Shown in pieces: positions 8,695 to 19,300 of a DNA stretch of 64,000 nucleotides. The notes below the pieces were generated by a model. It searched no databases. It saw only the letters and a list, made by a program, of their open reading frames with translations, and was not told where the DNA came from. The position numbers and the translations under genes are program-made. Within the stretch, counting starts at the first letter, position 1; each line of letters opens with the position of its first letter. This DNA is from an uncultured Bacteroidales bacterium (GTDB lineage Bacteria > Bacteroidota > Bacteroidia > Bacteroidales > S143-33), in assembly GCA_964649975.1 (NCBI GenBank), contig CAZYSM010000003.1, forward strand, positions 16,292 through 80,291, written 5' to 3'.

Positions 8695-9528
8695 ATGTTT
8701 GAATTTCTCAAGCGCAAGTATCCTTTTACTTTCAACCTGGTTCATAATGCTAAAATCGTCTTTTTTGTGAGCCTGGTATTAGGTGTTTTCTTGTATTTCT
8801 TTCAACCGTTTGACTTATACAGTTTTCCTCCAAAACAAAAAATAATCTTTTCTCTGTCAATAGCTGTGATAACCTTTGCTGTCCTGGCTTTTAACATGTT
8901 GGTTTTACCTTCCTATTTCACTAAAATTTTTACTCAGGAAAAATGGACGGTATGGAAGGAGATATTGTGGAATTTGTGGCTTATAACAAGTATTTCCGCA
9001 GCTTATGTAATTTTTCTGAAGATTATACACATTCCTTTGATCAAGGGTGTTTTTGTCTTAAAGGTTATATTGCTCAGTGTTATTCCCATTTCCTTATTGG
9101 TTGTATTTAACCGTAACCGTCTTTTGCGGCTTAACCTTTATGATGCTGTGGAAATGAACCGTAAATTATTACAAAAACTAAGAGAGCGCAGGGAAACGGT
9201 TACCTTGCAATCGGAATACAATGAGACACTTACCCTAGAACCGGATAAAATAATCCTTGTCCGTGCAGCAGGAAATTATATAGAGATTTTTTATGATGAT
9301 AATCTCAAAGCTGTGCGTAAGATATTGAGGATAACGCTTAAACGTGTGCAGGAAATTTTGTCCAAGTATAGTTTTATATACCGCACACACAGGTCTTATC
9401 TGGTGAATGTCAATTATATTACTCAGGCCGAGGGCAATTCCCAGGGCATACAACTTAAACTAAACCTTATAGATTTTATGGTTCCTGTATCACGGAATTA
9501 TATTCAAGGTTTGAAAAATCTTTTATGA
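8695..9528 (+). CDS. Membrane-anchored LytTR DNA-binding domain protein
   Basis: About 4 N-terminal TM helices, then a LytTR-type C-terminus (IILVRAAGNYIEIFYDD..RTHRSYLVNVNYI). No receiver domain. Confidence 0.8.
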   Translation: MFEFLKRKYPFTFNLVHNAKIVFFVSLVLGVFLYFFQPFDLYSFPPKQKIIFSLSIAVITFAVLAFNMLVLPSYFTKIFTQEKWTVWKEILWNLWLITSISAAYVIFLKIIHIPLIKGVFVLKVILLSVIPISLLVVFNRNRLLRLNLYDAVEMNRKLLQKLRERRETVTLQSEYNETLTLEPDKIILVRAAGNYIEIFYDDNLKAVRKILRITLKRVQEILSKYSFIYRTHRSYLVNVNYITQAEGNSQGIQLKLNLIDFMVPVSRNYIQGLKNLL

Positions 9529-9713
9529 TATTTATCCCTGGCTTTTTGTTTACTACCATGTAGATTCCTATAGTATTTCCTTGATTTACAGGCAGATTTA
9601 ATTGTTTCGTTTATCCCTAGAATTTTTCTCTTATCCCTGTTTTTTGTCTGCTGTACCTTTATTTTTTCCAGGGGTTTTTTCTGTGATAGTTTTGGGAAAG
9701 AACTCTAAATTTT

Positions 9714-10826
9714 TTGTTTATGCAATCATTACAAATCGGCGATCTTACTGTACGTTATCCCATTGTCCAGGGTGGAATGGGCGTTGGCATTTCTCTTTCC
9801 GGGTTGGCTTCGGCTGTGGCTAATCAGGGTGGACTAGGCGTTATTTCAGCTGTGGGGATAGGTATGTTGGAAGGGGACAGGAAACATTTCCGTGAGAATA
9901 ATCAGAAACTGTTCAGGCGGGAGATAAGACGTGCACGTGATCTGGCACCCGGCGGAGTAATAGGTGCAAATATCATGTTTGCTGTTACTGATTTTGAAGA
10001 TATGTTCCGTATAGCTCTTGAAGAGGATCTGGATGTGGTAATTGTGGGAGCCGGCTTGTTTCTGAAAAAGCCAGAGAATCTTACTATGGATGAATTTATC
10101 CATACCCGCACAAAAATATTGCCCAAGCTTTCCTCGGGCAGAGCCGTCAGTCTAACTTTTAAAGTATGGGACGAAAAATTCGGAAGAATTCCGGACGGTG
10201 TGGTCATAGAAGGGCCAATGGCAGGAGGACATCTTGGTTTTAAGAAAAATCAACTTTCCGGAGAATTGATACCATTAGAGGATCTGGTACAGCAGGCACG
10301 CAATGCACTTATACCTTTTGAGGATAAATACGGACAGCATATTCCTATAATCGCTGGAGGTGGAATATATACTGGTGAGGATGTATATCATATCATTGAC
10401 GTTGGAGCTGACGCTGCAAAGATAGGTACCCGTTTTGTGACAACCCAGGAGTGCGATGCCGATGAGGCTTTTAAAATGGAATATATACGTGCCGGCGCAG
10501 AGGATATTGTCATCATAGACAGTCCTGTGGGCTTACCCGGACGCGCTGTGGAAAATGATTTTATCCGCAGTGTCAATGCTGGTGAGAAAAAACCGGTCAA
10601 ATGTGCCTGGAAATGCCTTAAAACCTGCGATTGGCATAAAGTTCCTTATTGTATTGCCGATGCCCTGGCCAATGCTGCCAAAGGAAACCTCAAGGATGGT
10701 TTTGCTTTTGCTGGTTCCAATGCTTATAGATCCACTAAGATAACCACTGTAAAACAGGTATTTGAAGATTTGATAAGAGAATACCAACAAGCGGAAGAAA
10801 AGAATATGTTAGCTTTACGTATATAA
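9714..10826 (+). CDS. NAD(P)H-dependent flavin oxidoreductase, nitronate monooxygenase / FabK-like family
   Basis: YPIVQGGMGVGIS, GPMAGGHLG and IIAGGGIYTGED are NMO-family motifs. A C-terminal Cys cluster KCAWKCLKTCDWHKVPYC is also present. Confidence 0.8.
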   Translation: MFMQSLQIGDLTVRYPIVQGGMGVGISLSGLASAVANQGGLGVISAVGIGMLEGDRKHFRENNQKLFRREIRRARDLAPGGVIGANIMFAVTDFEDMFRIALEEDLDVVIVGAGLFLKKPENLTMDEFIHTRTKILPKLSSGRAVSLTFKVWDEKFGRIPDGVVIEGPMAGGHLGFKKNQLSGELIPLEDLVQQARNALIPFEDKYGQHIPIIAGGGIYTGEDVYHIIDVGADAAKIGTRFVTTQECDADEAFKMEYIRAGAEDIVIIDSPVGLPGRAVENDFIRSVNAGEKKPVKCAWKCLKTCDWHKVPYCIADALANAAKGNLKDGFAFAGSNAYRSTKITTVKQVFEDLIREYQQAEEKNMLALRI

Positions 10827-10845
10827 CCCAAAAACATTTATTCAT

Positions 10846-10876
10846 CAAAAAGCCGGCTGCAAGGCCGGTTTTTTTA
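10846..10876 (+). terminator. Rho-independent terminator
   Basis: aaaaagCCGGCtgcaagGCCGGttttttt: a GC stem with a T-run. Confidence 0.7.
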
Positions 10877-10922
10877 TTGGATTTTTAGTATTTTGAAGAA
10901 GGAAAAACGAAAAAATTTTAGT

Positions 10923-13019
10923 ATGAAACGCCTGTATTTTTTCTTATTACTATTCCTTCCTTTGATAAGCTCTGGGCAGCTGCCACTGCTTATCAGCGAT
11001 AATTTCCTGGATAATAGTAATGATTGGTATGAAAAAGATGATAAAACAGTCACAGCCAAAGTAGGCAACGGCATCTATTATCTATACCTCAAAGATGAAG
11101 ATTACACTTACCGGTTCTGGAACAAACTCTATGACTTGACTAGCCTGGACGAGTATAAAATAGAGTGCCGGATGAAATTATTAAGCGGAAGGGATGATGA
11201 TTTCTACGGCCTACTGTTTGACACCCAGGATGCTGAAAACTGTAGTGAGTTCAAAATTGCCTCAGTCAAAGAAGCTTATATTAACCGGCGTGAGGACAAG
11301 GACTACAAATATTTGACCTACCGTCTGGATTTTCCGTTCATAAATCCACGGGGACAATATAATACCCTGACCGTGCACAAACATAACGGATATTATGACT
11401 TTTACATAAATGGACATTTTTTCAAACGGCTTAATGCCAAGAAATTAATTCCACAAGGCGGAAAAGTGGGATTTTTCCTGGGCGGAAAAATGGAAGTTGC
11501 TGTGGATTACATCAAAATATACGGACGTAAGTCAAAAATCAATCTGGTGGATAACCCGCTTAATAGCCAAAAAGTAAATCTTGGGCCTGGCGTCAACACA
11601 GGAGCTGACGAGCTGCGTCCTATTATCAGCTCGGATGGAAATTATCTATACTTTGTGCGGGTAGGTGGTGATTACGGCGATGATGATGACATCTGGGTCA
11701 GCCAAAAAGTCAATGGACAATGGACAAAAGCGAAAAAACTACCTCCTCCCTTTAATGACGAACACAACAACGGAATTTATTATGTTTCCCCGGACCGGAC
11801 GGTATTCATTGTTTCTGGCACATACGACAATGGAGTTTATGTTAACTCCGACGGCTTATCCGTGATTTATAAAAATCCTGATGGCACCTGGATCAAGCCT
11901 CAAGCCTTGATAATAGGAGACATTCGTAATGCTTCAGAGTATTATTCCTATTGTATGTCGGCCGATAGGAAATATTTGCTTCTTTCGGTGGAAATTCCGG
12001 GTGATACCTATGGAAAACGGGATATTTACGTGAGTTTTTTACAAAATGATGGCACTTATTCCACCCCGGTTAACCTGGGCCCTATAGTCAATACAACAGG
12101 GAATGACGGAACACCTTTTCTGGCATCTGATAACCGCACACTGTATTTTTATTCTGATGGACATCCGGGATATGGCGACGGAGATATTTTCGTAACCCGG
12201 CGTCTGGACGACACATGGACAAACTGGACAGATCCGCAAAACCTTGGCCCAGCCATAAATAGTGATGACTGGGACGCTTATTTTACAATAGATTCCCGGG
12301 GGGAATATGCTTATCTGGTCTCCTATAAGCCAGATAATGCCTTTGGGCAGGGAGACATCTACTCCATCCGGCTGAGCGAAGAAGCCCGTCCTAATCCTGT
12401 AGCAGTTATCAACGGAAAAGTTATTGATAAAAGCTCTGGACGACCAGTTCAGGCAAATATCATTTATTACAAAGGCGATGAGGATAATGTTACCAATACA
12501 TCAATATCTGATGCAGCCACTGGAGGGTTTAAGCTTGTTTTGCCTCTGGGACAGAAATATACTATTTATGCCAACAAACCTGGCTATATCTCTTCTCTAA
12601 AAGAAATTGATTTAACGGATTCGTTAAATTACACAGAAATCCCCCTGGTGCTAAATATTAAAAAAATTTCAGCAGGCCAGACCTTCACTCTGAAAAACAT
12701 TTATTTTCCGGCTGGTAGTTCAAAGTTTTTACCACAGTCATATCCGGAGCTTAACCGCCTGGTAATGTTCATGAAACAAAACCCTGAGGTTAAGATAGAA
12801 ATATCTGGACATACAAATAACATCGGCAACAGGGATAAGCTATTAAAATTGTCATTAGATAGAGCCAGAGCTGTAAAAAAATATCTGGTAAATGCAGGTA
12901 TAAACGCTAATAGAATAACAGTAAAAGGCTATGGCCCTGACAAACCTGTGGCAGATAATTCCACTGTTCAGGGACGAAGGCTTAACCAGCGGGTAGAAAT
13001 CAAAATTATAAAGGATTAA
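10923..13019 (+). CDS. OmpA-family outer-membrane/periplasmic protein with TolB-like beta-propeller repeats
   Basis: Signal peptide MKRLYFFLLLFLPLISSGQ (start moved from 10893 to the internal ATG at 10923). Repeated ..DG..LYF.S motifs. C-terminal OmpA domain (ISGHTNNIGN..LSLDRARAVKKYL..NQRVEIKI). Confidence 0.85.
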   Translation: MKRLYFFLLLFLPLISSGQLPLLISDNFLDNSNDWYEKDDKTVTAKVGNGIYYLYLKDEDYTYRFWNKLYDLTSLDEYKIECRMKLLSGRDDDFYGLLFDTQDAENCSEFKIASVKEAYINRREDKDYKYLTYRLDFPFINPRGQYNTLTVHKHNGYYDFYINGHFFKRLNAKKLIPQGGKVGFFLGGKMEVAVDYIKIYGRKSKINLVDNPLNSQKVNLGPGVNTGADELRPIISSDGNYLYFVRVGGDYGDDDDIWVSQKVNGQWTKAKKLPPPFNDEHNNGIYYVSPDRTVFIVSGTYDNGVYVNSDGLSVIYKNPDGTWIKPQALIIGDIRNASEYYSYCMSADRKYLLLSVEIPGDTYGKRDIYVSFLQNDGTYSTPVNLGPIVNTTGNDGTPFLASDNRTLYFYSDGHPGYGDGDIFVTRRLDDTWTNWTDPQNLGPAINSDDWDAYFTIDSRGEYAYLVSYKPDNAFGQGDIYSIRLSEEARPNPVAVINGKVIDKSSGRPVQANIIYYKGDEDNVTNTSISDAATGGFKLVLPLGQKYTIYANKPGYISSLKEIDLTDSLNYTEIPLVLNIKKISAGQTFTLKNIYFPAGSSKFLPQSYPELNRLVMFMKQNPEVKIEISGHTNNIGNRDKLLKLSLDRARAVKKYLVNAGINANRITVKGYGPDKPVADNSTVQGRRLNQRVEIKIIKD

Positions 13020-13111
13020 GTATTTAACCCTATTTTAATTTGCGTTTAAAAAGGTTTTTTTATTATTTTACAGAGTTATAATAATTCGGATTTAATAATT
13101 TTTTCTGGGAA

Positions 13112-15157
13112 ATGAACAAAAATTTCAAACAACTGCTGCTTGTATTTTTTTTGTTTTTAGGTCTGACATATTCCCATGCCAGCAACATAGATTCATTAAT
13201 AAGGCAGTTAAATAAAGTCCAGGGAAAACAAAAAACCGAACTTTTGCTTAATATCACCTGGAAACTGCGTAATACCAATCCTCAGGAAGGCATCAAGTAT
13301 TGCAAACAAGCTATTAGACTGGCTGATAGTACGAAAGACTATGCCAATGCTGCCAAAGCTTATAGTTTCCTTGGGGTATTATACAGAAATCTGGGCTATT
13401 ATAGCATTGCTTTTTCGTATTACAAAAAAGGATTGGAAATTGCTATCAAACACAATATATTAGACCAGGAAGGTTACGGATATAACAATCTGGGTAATAT
13501 CTACCTTTATCAAAAACAACCCAAATTAGCCATCAATTATCTCAAAAAAGCTGATAGCTTAGCCCAAATTATGAAAAACGATGATGTCAGGGCCTATGCT
13601 TTGCAAAATATCGGAAGGGCTTTTATGATGTTAGGTCAAGCTGATAGCGCTATAAAATATTTAAACCTTACTCTGGAGGTCAGAGAAAAAATTAATGCTG
13701 TCAACAAAATTCCAGTTACTTATAAATACCTTGGGGATGCTTATAAATTGAAAGGAGATTATAAATCAGCTTTTAAATATTATGCACTTACGGCCAGCAG
13801 TGCGGATTTTGAAAATGATATGGACCTTTATTCAGACTATTCCTATAATATGGCGGATTTATATCTAAAAACCAATCGTCTGGATTCTGCGCTGTGGTAT
13901 GCCCAGCAGTCAATAAAAGCTGCCAAAAAAGTAAACACCCTTTACAGGGAAATGCTGGCTTACGAAATCCTGGCAAAAGTCTATGCACAAAAGCAAGACT
14001 ACAAAAAGGCTTATGATTATAGTCTGCAAGCCCTTAAAATAAAAGACCAAATTTTTACCGAAGAGGTGGTCAAAGGTGTTAAGAGTATTGAGTTTACCGA
14101 ACAAGCAGCAAAAAAAGATGCAAAAATCAAACTACTGGAAAAAGACTTAAAAATAAAATTACTGGAGAATAAAAGACGAACTTACCTCCTCTACTCTGCT
14201 ATATTTGCCCTGCTTATATTAGTAATTCTGGCAGTGTCTATTTATATACAAAACATTAAGGTCAAACGTTATGCTGAGCAACTAAGCGAAAAAAATTATA
14301 TTATCAACCAGCAAAATGAAGAACTCCAGCAACACTCTAATATTTTAAAATCCATTAATGAAGAATTAGCAGAAAAAGACAGAACGATTACTCAGAGCAT
14401 TGAATATGCCAAGACTATAAAACAGTCTATGATGGCCTCAGAGGCAGCATTACAGGAATGCCCTGTAGTAAGGGATTATTTCATCATTGATAAGCCCAAA
14501 GACATTATTGGCGGCGATTTCTACTATTTCAACCGATTCAAGGATTATATTTCCATCATTGTTGCTGATGCCACAGGCCACGGTATCCCTGGCGCTTTTA
14601 TAAGCATTATTTCTATTGCTATTTTCAAAGATATTTTACATTCCTTAGAAAATCCAGATGCCGCCCAGGTGCTCACAATATTCCGGGCAAGGATAAAATC
14701 AGTATTGCGCCAGGATCAGAAACGTTTCAATGTAAAAGATGGTGTGGACGTAGCAATATGTCTTATTTATCCTCAACGCAACATACTGAATTTTGCTGGA
14801 GCATATCAGGATTTATACTATATCAATCACGGAGAACTCACTGTTGTGAAAGGAGTAAAGAATACAGCTGGCTTCTCTTTTGTAGAAAAAGAATTTGTTA
14901 GCCACAATATTTACCTTGAAAGCATTGATAAATTTTATTTATTTTCTGATGGTGTTGTTGACCAGCTGGGGGGTGAGGATTATACGCGCTTTAGCACTCA
15001 AAGATGGCAAAACCTGCTATTGGAAATATACCACTACCCAATGAAAAAACAAAAAGAAATTATTGAACAGATTATTGAGAAATGGCAAGACAATAACAGA
15101 CAGACCGATGACATCCTCATAGTGGGCATTGAACTGGATAAAAGCGTGTTAATGTAA
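13112..15157 (+). CDS. Sensor phosphatase: signal peptide, TPR repeats, TM helix, coiled coil, PP2C/SpoIIE phosphatase domain
   Basis: TPR-like repeats (AYSFLGVLYRNLGYYSIAFSYYKKGLEIA etc.), TM helix LLYSAIFALLILVILAVSIYI, and SpoIIE motifs GGDFYYF, VADATGHGIPGAF, LFSDGVVDQ, TDDILIVG. Confidence 0.85.
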   Translation: MNKNFKQLLLVFFLFLGLTYSHASNIDSLIRQLNKVQGKQKTELLLNITWKLRNTNPQEGIKYCKQAIRLADSTKDYANAAKAYSFLGVLYRNLGYYSIAFSYYKKGLEIAIKHNILDQEGYGYNNLGNIYLYQKQPKLAINYLKKADSLAQIMKNDDVRAYALQNIGRAFMMLGQADSAIKYLNLTLEVREKINAVNKIPVTYKYLGDAYKLKGDYKSAFKYYALTASSADFENDMDLYSDYSYNMADLYLKTNRLDSALWYAQQSIKAAKKVNTLYREMLAYEILAKVYAQKQDYKKAYDYSLQALKIKDQIFTEEVVKGVKSIEFTEQAAKKDAKIKLLEKDLKIKLLENKRRTYLLYSAIFALLILVILAVSIYIQNIKVKRYAEQLSEKNYIINQQNEELQQHSNILKSINEELAEKDRTITQSIEYAKTIKQSMMASEAALQECPVVRDYFIIDKPKDIIGGDFYYFNRFKDYISIIVADATGHGIPGAFISIISIAIFKDILHSLENPDAAQVLTIFRARIKSVLRQDQKRFNVKDGVDVAICLIYPQRNILNFAGAYQDLYYINHGELTVVKGVKNTAGFSFVEKEFVSHNIYLESIDKFYLFSDGVVDQLGGEDYTRFSTQRWQNLLLEIYHYPMKKQKEIIEQIIEKWQDNNRQTDDILIVGIELDKSVLM

Positions 15158-15685
15158 AAGTCCGGGAGGCAAAACAACCTTTACGTATTTTTTCTTATGG
15201 CTAACCTTTAATACTTGTGTTCCATTAATAGGGATTAAAATTTCTTCTCCATTAAAATCCGCTTTCACAAGCGGATTTTTTTCTATATCAACGAATTCGG
15301 TAATAATGCCCGTCTTAGCTGTGTTTTTATCCTCTATAGTGTAGTTAATCAAGAATTCCAGATTATCCAGGTTGACATATTTTTTTGCTATATCCCGGGG
15401 GAGGAAGATTTCTCTGCCAGCCAGTTCCCTGGCCTGTTGTTCATCCTCCACATCATAGAATTTTATAATAGGTTTGAGAGCCTCAAGATTGCTCTGGTCA
15501 TATTCAATAAAAAAAGGAATCAGCCAGCCGGATATTCCGGCAAAGACTGATTCCTCGGTAAGTTTTACAGGGTCAAAACGTAAATTTATTTTAACGTGCC
15601 CTTTATATCCGTGAGGTTTGAGGATTTGTCCTATCCGGATGTTGTTTTCCGGATTAAGGAGTTTTTTAGCCTCACGAAATTTCAT
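15149..15685 (-). CDS. rimM: 16S rRNA processing protein RimM
   Basis: IGQILKPHGYKGHVKINL N-terminal motif. It sits 3 nt downstream of rpsP, the classical order. Confidence 0.85.
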   Translation of the reverse strand: MKFREAKKLLNPENNIRIGQILKPHGYKGHVKINLRFDPVKLTEESVFAGISGWLIPFFIEYDQSNLEALKPIIKFYDVEDEQQARELAGREIFLPRDIAKKYVNLDNLEFLINYTIEDKNTAKTGIITEFVDIEKNPLVKADFNGEEILIPINGTQVLKVSHKKKYVKVVLPPGLLH

Positions 15686-15687
15686 AA

Positions 15688-16233
15688 TTATTCTGCTTTT
15701 TCCTCAGCACCGGCATTTTCGTCAGCAGCCTGCTGATCTGTTTGTTCTGCTTCCTGTGCCTGTTCCTCGGCCTGTTCAGCAAACTTCTTGGCAATTTCTT
15801 CAGCACGTTTCTGAGCAATCTTTCTCTCTTCCTCAAGCATCTTGTTCATTTTCTCTTTTTCCTGCTGCTTAGCCTTTTCCTTAAGCTGACGTAATTTTTC
15901 CTCTTTCTGCTTTTTCCATTCATTGAACTTGGCATAAGCCTGATCCTCGGTAAGTGCTCCTTTTTTTACTCCACGCAAAAGATGGAACAAATAAAGCGCT
16001 CCGGCTTTGCGTAAGAGTGTTCTGGCTGTATCAGTAGGCTGAGCACCTACAGAAAGCCAATAAACAGCACGATCAACATTAATCTGAATAGTCTCGGGAT
16101 AGGTGTTGGGGTCATAAATGCCCAACTTCTCAATGTGCTTGCCGTCACGCGGCGCACGACTGTCGGCAACTACGATGGAATAAGTAGCGTAGTGCCTACG
16201 CCCTCTACGGGCCAATCTAATTCTTACTGGCAT
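15688..16233 (-). CDS. rpsP: 30S ribosomal protein S16 with a long acidic/Lys-rich C-terminal extension
   Basis: [42 protein letters not shown] is canonical S16. The C-terminal roughly 95 aa are K/E/A/Q-rich. Confidence 0.95.
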   Translation of the reverse strand: MPVRIRLARRGRRHYATYSIVVADSRAPRDGKHIEKLGIYDPNTYPETIQINVDRAVYWLSVGAQPTDTARTLLRKAGALYLFHLLRGVKKGALTEDQAYAKFNEWKKQKEEKLRQLKEKAKQQEKEKMNKMLEEERKIAQKRAEEIAKKFAEQAEEQAQEAEQTDQQAADENAGAEEKAE

Positions 16234-16278
16234 ACTTCCTTTTTGATTTTTCTGTTTTTAGTTTACTTTTAAGCAGGG

Positions 16279-16286
16279 CAAAGATA
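16279..16286 (-). promoter_or_regulatory. -7 promoter box TAnnTTTG (tatctttg on the minus strand) upstream of rpsP
   Basis: The reverse complement of caaagata is tatctttg, 46 nt upstream of the rpsP ATG. A second match, tacttttg, lies at 16306-16313. Confidence 0.35.
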
Positions 16287-16357
16287 AAATTATTATCTTT
16301 AATGGCAAAAGTATTTGAACTGATTTTAAATTTTTTTCCATTATAAAACACGGATTT

Positions 16358-19300
16358 ATGAAAAAAATATCTTTTTTCCTGGCGCTGATTTTCATCTCAT
16401 TTAGCCTCAATGCACAATATTTTACAGATTCTCTCTTTACTAAACAAATAACAGAGTTTCTCAAACCTGCGATAAACTCGCCGGAAAATGAACAAATACT
16501 ACAACGCTTCCTTGCTTACTGGCAGGCAGATTTATCCAGCTATCATTCTGATTTACTGGATGTCCTCAATAGTATGAAAGAAAAGCACATAACACGCAAA
16601 TATTTCATTCTCTACCTTGATGATATAAATTTACTTACCGAAGCAGGGAAACTATCAATGATACCTCTGTGGAATAAATTGCTTTATGCAAAAACCAGTG
16701 AGCGAACGGACAAAAACGTAAGACAATGGATAAGTTATCTAAACAATCTGCTTCACTATGACAGAATTTCGCCTGCAAATGACCTGGGCATCATCATTGA
16801 CGGTGATTATGATTTTTCCTTGAAAAAAGATGGTAACTTTTCTTTTAGAATTATATCTGGTGCGGATGTAAAATTATTTCTGGGAAAAGATACTGTCACA
16901 ATCCGCAATACATCAGGTACCTACAATACTGCTAACCGTCTATGGCAAGGACAGGGAGGCATAGTATACTGGGATAAGTTCAAGGATATAGGCCAAAAAG
17001 CTTATGCCCGCATCAATGGTAGTTATAAATTTTCTTCGCAAAATAAGAGTTTCACAATTAATAATGTTGCTTTTTCCGCAAATTACAGATTACTCAATAT
17101 CAATAATTTACAGGGAAAATTATTACTTCATTTTTCCTATACCCCGGATGAGCAGAAACGTAATCCTGCATTTATTTCGGCACAGGAAGAATATAAAATT
17201 CCGCAATTATTGCCTAAAACATCTTTCACAGGAAAAATAAAAGTGGAAGGACGAAAAATAATACTCTCTGGCGAAATGGACTTTTATCTCAAAGACAGTG
17301 TGTTAATAAAATCTGTTTCCGACAAATTTGTGGTGACACCCCGACAAATAAGGTCTTACAACACCTCAATGAAACTGCTGCTGGCAGATGACTTATACAT
17401 CTGGCATCCTTCCACAAATATGTATCTTCTCTATGATTCCGCACTGATAGAACATTCCTATCCATATCTGGCGCAAAAGGCTCTCTCCTATAGTCCGCCC
17501 CGTATATTGAGCTTTATAAGGACCTCCTCAATGGCTGGCAGGCAGCCATTCCACGACGATTACCACAAAATAAATGCTTATACTGCCGAAATGGTATGGA
17601 CATTTGATAACAAAGCTTATTTTGTTAACACAATGAATTATCTTGAAGACACAGCTTATTTTGTTCCTTACTCCTATTATTCTCCGGATATTTTGCAGGA
17701 TTTTTATGACGTAGCAGGTAACAACTATGCTAAATTGCTTTACCAATACCTCCGGCATAAGCACTTCCCCGAGAGTGTCCGACTAAATGCTTTTACTAAT
17801 TATCTGCTACGCTTGAAGATAAGGACATCGCAAAAGGCTGTGATGTCATACTGGCAAAAAATGGAGGAAAAAGGATGGATAAGAATTCATTATGCCGAAA
17901 AATACCAGAATGTTTATGCTTATAAGATTAATCCACAATTTTACCATATTGTTAAAGCCTCTTTGCGCAGCCATTTCCGTAGGGATACAATTAAATTAAA
18001 AAAATACACGGATGATTTTGACGTGATAAAAATTTATTCCCTGGCCAGGATAGATACTTCGGCAATTTTCAAATCATTTAATAACCTGGCGACTAATGCA
18101 CTGGGTATCAATGCCCGGGTGGATGTAGGCACAAAAACCTTAAAAATATTTTATCCCAAGCCTTTTTATGTTTCCCGGGTGCGCCAGATAAAGATATATA
18201 CCGACACCCTTGTTTTCTATAAGGATTTTGATTTCAAATTTAATGGAAAAATAGAGGCCGGACTGCTGACTATGCAAGGAAAAGACTTTATGTACAAAAA
18301 TGATAGCTTTAAAATCAAGCTGGGGATGGTCAATACAATGTCAATGAAATTTTACAAACCTGTGGATTCCACAATTATTAACACATTAGTTACCGAAAAC
18401 GGCGACACTCTGTATGTTTACCGCTATTCATACAAGCTAAATGAGTCTGTATCCAAAATGCATAATTTTACTGGAGTTCTGACCATTGACAAAATGAATA
18501 ACCACAGCGGACTGCTGGCAAAAGAGGATGACGGCTATCCAAGCTTGCAAACATTTTCCAATTCTATGATTTTCTACCCTAAGGCGCCTGTGGATTCGCT
18601 CAACTTCTATTTCAAAAACTACCCTTTCACACTTAAAAACCTGACATTTATTACTCCGGATAAACTCGTTATGACTGGCCTGTTTCATTCGTCCATCCTG
18701 GCAGATATGGACAGCGTAAAACTTTCCATACAGGAAGACAACTCACTTGGTTTCAAGAAAGTAGATACAACCGAAGGATTTAAAATATTTGGCGCAGCAT
18801 CGCTCGTGGGTATGATGCAGCTCAATAGTATGGGATTGCAAGCAAGAGCTTATTTGAAATTCCTCAGTACCTATGCCTGGGGCGTGTTCAACCTTTATCC
18901 TGATACACTCAAAGGTACAGCCGACACTCTGATTATGTATCCTGTGGACCGCAATACAATGGTGGCCCAGAATTATCCGCATCAGTACCCAAACCTTGTA
19001 GCCAGAGATAAAACCGATATTTTGCTCTATGACAATAAAGATTCCACGCAAACGATGATTATAAAACAGATTGGAGATAAGCCCATTGATATGTATCCCA
19101 ATTTTCTGAAAGATGACCAGAAAGGTGTTCTGGACAGCGCCCAGGTGGAACTGGGTTATAATGGAGTGAATGCATCCGGCGTCATGGTCTTTGCTGATGC
19201 CCGCATATCTGGCAAGGATTTTAAAATGAATTATGACAATTTCCTGTCCGATAGCTGTAGCTTTGAAATGAGGGATAGTACTTTTTCCCAGACACTTTTC

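Noticed and set aside
9602-9823. 73-aa ORF upstream of, and overlapping, the nitronate-monooxygenase-family gene
   Set aside because: It overlaps the well-supported downstream gene in another frame. Its hydrophobic, low-information sequence has no supporting features.
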